From positions 665,936 through 729,935 of the forward strand of contig NW_027192205.1 of assembly GCF_041956535.1 (NCBI RefSeq): DNA of 64,000 bases, read 5' to 3'. The stretch's first letter is position 1. The number at the start of each line of letters is the position of its first letter. Shown piece after piece: positions 59,851 to 64,000 of the stretch. A model generated the notes under the pieces. That model saw nothing but the letters and a program-made list of their open reading frames with translations. It was not told the DNA's origin and did not search any database. The stretch is from Calcarisporiella thermophila CBS 279.70. Taxonomy: Eukaryota > Fungi > Calcarisporiellomycota. The position numbers were made by a program, and so were the translations under genes.

Positions 59851-61686
59851 AGTAAATTCGAAAGAGTTATCTTTTTTATTCCTTTAATTATTTGGAGAAT
59901 TAGAATTTTTTTTGATATGTAATTTACTCGACAAAATATATATCAAATAAAATTTAATGTTCTTATTAATTCCATTCAAATTTATAAACCCGAATGACAT
60001 GATCGACGTAGATATACTTCAGTTCGGTTATAACGGTTGGTTTCAGTAATAAAATGCTTTATCTACTCGACTGCAAACCTGTCTGAGACAAACAAGACAC
60101 CTCAGGACATACATCGCAACCATTATATTCTGAAGGCGAGAGAGAAGAGTAAACACTTAGATCGTCAAGCTGGCAGAAATATTTCTGTTAATCAGTCTTA
60201 AGATAGATGATAATGGACAATACTGTATAGTATAGTCGTAATCATATTTCGACATTTTTAGATTTATCTTGCTTTTAATTTCTTACATTATAGAAATCCC
60301 CCCCTTTCCTAATGGATTTCCCTTACTTTTTCGTCTATCCCTATTCTGCTCACGGCATCAAATGTGGAATTAGTGCGTTGTAAAAACCATGGGGTATAGG
60401 ACTGAGCAGAATAACTTCTTGGAGGGAGAGTCAATTCCTGAACTGGGAAATTTGTGAGGTAATTGTGGAGGGAGTGAGAGTTTCTGGAGTTCGCGTAGAT
60501 ACCGGAGGGGGCAATCGACTGCTCATTGGCGTCCGTGATCGCCACCTCAACGGAATTTTAGGAGAGAATAAACCTCTGTACCAGGGCACCGAGTACTAGA
60601 TTAGAGTGGGAGTTCGCCAACCATTGCTGAGTGGAAAAAGGTGACTTCTCATGGACACAGTTAGCAGCGGTCTTGACCACCCGCTGTATAAAAGTATATG
60701 AACAGCACTCGCAGGAATGCACTGAGTGCTGCCTGACCCGTGCTGCTACCATGCAGCCCCATATTGTGCTAGCTCCACTTTCAAGTTCTAGGCGATCGGA
60801 TCAAGGGGAGACAGAGGATCTATAAGATTCAGAAGGATATTTATTTGATATGGCGGCAATCCGATAACTAGCGATGGTGCCTAGTGCCTAGTGCCTGGTT
60901 GAGATTCATGTCGAGCGGGTATGCTACCAATCTAGTTTATATACCGACCGTACGCGATGATGATCATGCTTATGTAGCCAATATCGATAGCAGCGGCATT
61001 AGCGTGTTCAGGTTAATGATAAAAAAACAAACGAGTTTTACACTATACTCAATATACTGCGATTTTCTGCGAGTTCTGTACATTGTTAATCAACACAATG
61101 TATGATCGCGGTCGTTACTAATCGTGTCTATGAGATGTTATCGTGTTCAGTCATATAGAGTTTATTTGAATACTTCGTCTTTTAGTTTTATTATAAAGAG
61201 CCAACTCTGATGCAGAGAGAGTTGAAATGAAAAGGGCGCGCGCTATCAAGTCGGAATAAGCCCTGAGATTTAGCTTGGTCTCAATAGTAGGTATCGCAGT
61301 GTGAAGCATTGGAAGGGGTAGGCAACCTTATTTCCACCGCATTATTGATACTCAATAGTAAATATTTCCCGAAATTACAGGAAACCTTAGTTTTAATAAA
61401 ATTGATTCTTTCTCCTGAAAATCACCATGGCCAATAAATATTTGTACCTAACCTAAATACTTAAATTTTCATATCATATACATCAAGAGCTGTGTTATCG
61501 CTCTTATTCAGTTAGGTCATTAATCCTTATTAAGTTAAAACTCTTTTATTGACATTAATTAAGCTTTATTAATTGAATTTTAATGAATCAACATTTTCAT
61601 GAATTTCTGACCTATATGCTGCGCCAATTTAATTTCTAAGAAGCGGTATATAAGAATAATCATTGATTCAAGAAAGAAATTTAACC

Positions 61687-64000
61687 ATGCCCCCCAAGAG
61701 AACTCGCTCTTCGGAAAAGGGAATAGGTACGCAATCCCATTTGAAAGCGTCTGTGTTAAATTTGAATAATTTATATTTTATTCTTAGAGGAGAGTACAAG
61801 CAACAATGTTAAAGGAGGAAAGAAAAGAGGAAAGAAATCAGTTAGTGTTCATGGGGATGAATCTATGTTCTCACCTGGTGAATCTTTTGCACAATTACCT
61901 CAAGCGAAACACCCCCCTGCGATATCTTCAGCATCTCCAACTTCTTTATCAATCGTAACTCCGATTCGACCCCAAAATCAGGATTATGGCTTGCCTAAGT
62001 TGGATGGGCGATATTATTCAAATAGAACTGTTAGAGCGCGTAAATATTAATTATTTTGCTAATAATTTCTTTCTAAAAACAATTCTATACCAATATTACA
62101 TAGCGCCTTTCAATGATGGAAAAATCTGGCAAGAATATGTTCGGCACATTACTGGGTGGCATTACCCTCATAGTAGTAATATTCCTGAGGATGAACTTGA
62201 CCAACAGTATGTATTGAATTGGCTTCCGAAACAGATATATTTGATTTTGATCATGCTATTAGATATTTCAAGGCAACCTTGACAATGGCATCAGAATACA
62301 TTTTCCGCCACAGTTTTATGAAACGTTGGCCTTCGGATTATATTCGTGATCAAAACTTGAAGGCAGCTGTGGAAGAATTCTGCACGGAAAATTCTAGTCG
62401 TTTTTCTTTCTCAAAAGATTACGACATGCTCAGCCTAGATTTTCGATACCTATTTCAATGGCTTATATGGGGAAATGAGGAAGAGAGCATATTGGCTATT
62501 TTCGAAGAGTATTTTCGGGTAGGTCTGGCAGAAAACCGCTCTTACTTATCTGGTCATTTACAATATATTTATATGCTACTTTTACATTTTAGTACCTCCC
62601 AGATAATGAAAAATGCGAAGCACTTGATAGCGAAAAAACAATATCGGTTGCAACTGCAGATAATTGGAAACAGTATATTGAAAAAATGGATCAATCCTCC
62701 AAGGTTGTCTCTCCACGTTTAGTCACAGCAGGACTTGAAGCTCTCGCAAATGTACGTAAAACTGTGGAGCCAGATTTTGGAGGATTAGTCCTTCAACCAC
62801 TTATTGGCGCGCCACTTCTTGCAGCAAAAATACCTAGTTTCTTTTCGCAGAGAGAATTTAGGTTTCCGGTGAACGAAGGTTGGGCTCCTATAATCGACTT
62901 TGCTTGTGGGGTGGATATAGCGGAAAAGAAAATTCCTGTATTAATCGTCGAAGTTGAGGCGTCGAAGATAGTTTCGAATTCTGCCCACAAAGATACCCGA
63001 AAAGTGGCTCAACTATTGCGTAGATCGCTAGAGTTGATGGCAAAGAAAGTACCTGACAATGCTATTGAAGAGCTCAGATCATATGGTCTCCTTCTTTCCT
63101 CGGATGGCAAATATGAATTTGTTGGAATGAAACCAATACGAGAACGCCGGAATATGAACGGGTCACACTTTAACTTCTGTCTCTTCGAGCAACTGCTTGT
63201 AGGAGAGCTAGATGTCAGCTTGATAACGTCACTTAATATAGACCATATTATCGAGATTAATAGCTTCCTTCTCGGACCCGTCAGAGAAGCAATGCTCAAA
63301 ACCCAAAATCTTACGGGTAGACGTGGCCCCAGGACAGAAGGTACAATAGGATTCCAATAATTATTTTTACTGGACATTTCATAGTTTAATTCACAAATAT
63401 TTCGGTTAAAGACCGCTTTCCTCCTCCCCAGATGCATTTGGAATCGCGTGCTGGAAGTTCGAAATATACTCCAAAGAAAGGAGAAGGAAAAAGAGGCGAT
63501 GAAAGAAGCGAGGAAGCGGAAGAGAGTGGTAGCGGAGGCGGTCATCAATGGATTACCAATGTATCAATGTCTATGTTATCTCTTATTGAGAAATACGGTT
63601 ACAAGTATATCAGTGCATTACACGAGGTAGGAATTTGATCTCTATGTTTTAGAGCTGTACCTGATTAATAATCTATCAAATACCTACGGAATTTCTCAAT
63701 AGAGTGATCATACCCAAGTTTTTCACGTAGCTCATGAAAATGATTCATTTGCATTTGTAGTGAAGCTTGGAGACGGGCGTGAAATTTCCTTACTACAAAA
63801 GCTCCAGGTATTTTGTATTTTTTTAACATTTTTTTGTACCACCTCATTGACTCGCGTTTTAGGGCTTGCCAAATATTGTGCAGCTATTCGACACTTTGTT
63901 GCTTCATGGTTGCTATGGCATGGTCTTGGATAAAGTGGATGTTTACGGCAGAGAATTTTACAAGGTACTCGATAAGCTTTCGGTCATTTAATTCTATTTT
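61687..64000 (+). CDS. Crinkler-like multi-exon protein: PD-(D/E)xK-like nuclease domain followed by a protein kinase N-lobe (3' partial)
   Basis: Hand-spliced frame from MPPKRTR; IIDF...LIVEVE...HKDTRK nuclease-like core (62686-63340); later exons encode FVVKLGDGREISLLQKLQ|GLPNIVQLFD...MVLD. Confidence 0.62.

Noticed and set aside
60309-60825. GC-richer island with two in-frame minus-strand ORFs separated by one stop (possible pseudogene)
   Set aside because: No recognisable protein similarity in any frame, so a pseudogene call cannot be supported.
62200-62282. Apparent frameshift between ORFs 61986-62282 and 62219-62722
   Set aside because: Resolved by a canonical GTATGT...TAG intron that keeps the frame (DQQ|YFKATL).

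Overview
Eukaryotic nuclear DNA from a fungus, probably an early-diverging lineage (velvet domain, DASH subunit Dad4, complex I subunit, short GT-AG introns; the taxon cannot be fixed from sequence alone). The window has three parts. (i) 1-2.5 kb and 28.5-29.6 kb hold five short non-LTR retroelement insertions of three families, each with a poly(A) tail and flanking target-site duplications (TSDs). Three of them are stacked at one site about 84-100 bp upstream of a tRNA-Thr(AGT) gene, head-to-head with it, which points to position-specific, tRNA/Pol III-gene-targeted retrotransposition. (ii) 3.8-40.3 kb is a dense, mostly intron-containing core block: GT-B/arabinokinase-N-like, NDUFA13, DAD4, SCS7, GRH1, divergent CPSF73-like, atypical velvet, GCV3, NAA50, KpsF-like, homeobox, SFP1-like, UBZ protein, MRM1, FAD1, YIP1, NCP1. 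(iii) 40.3-64 kb is a gene-sparse, AT-rich accessory block of mostly intronless secreted or defence-type genes: Kex2-type preprotoxin-like orphan, M20 amidohydrolase, GH25 lysozyme, two Cys-rich peptides, BAHD-type acyltransferase, bacterial-type MFS transporter, BBE-like oxidase, and a Crinkler-like nuclease-kinase gene running off the right end. Gene models were spliced by hand; family assignments come from motif recognition, not database searches.
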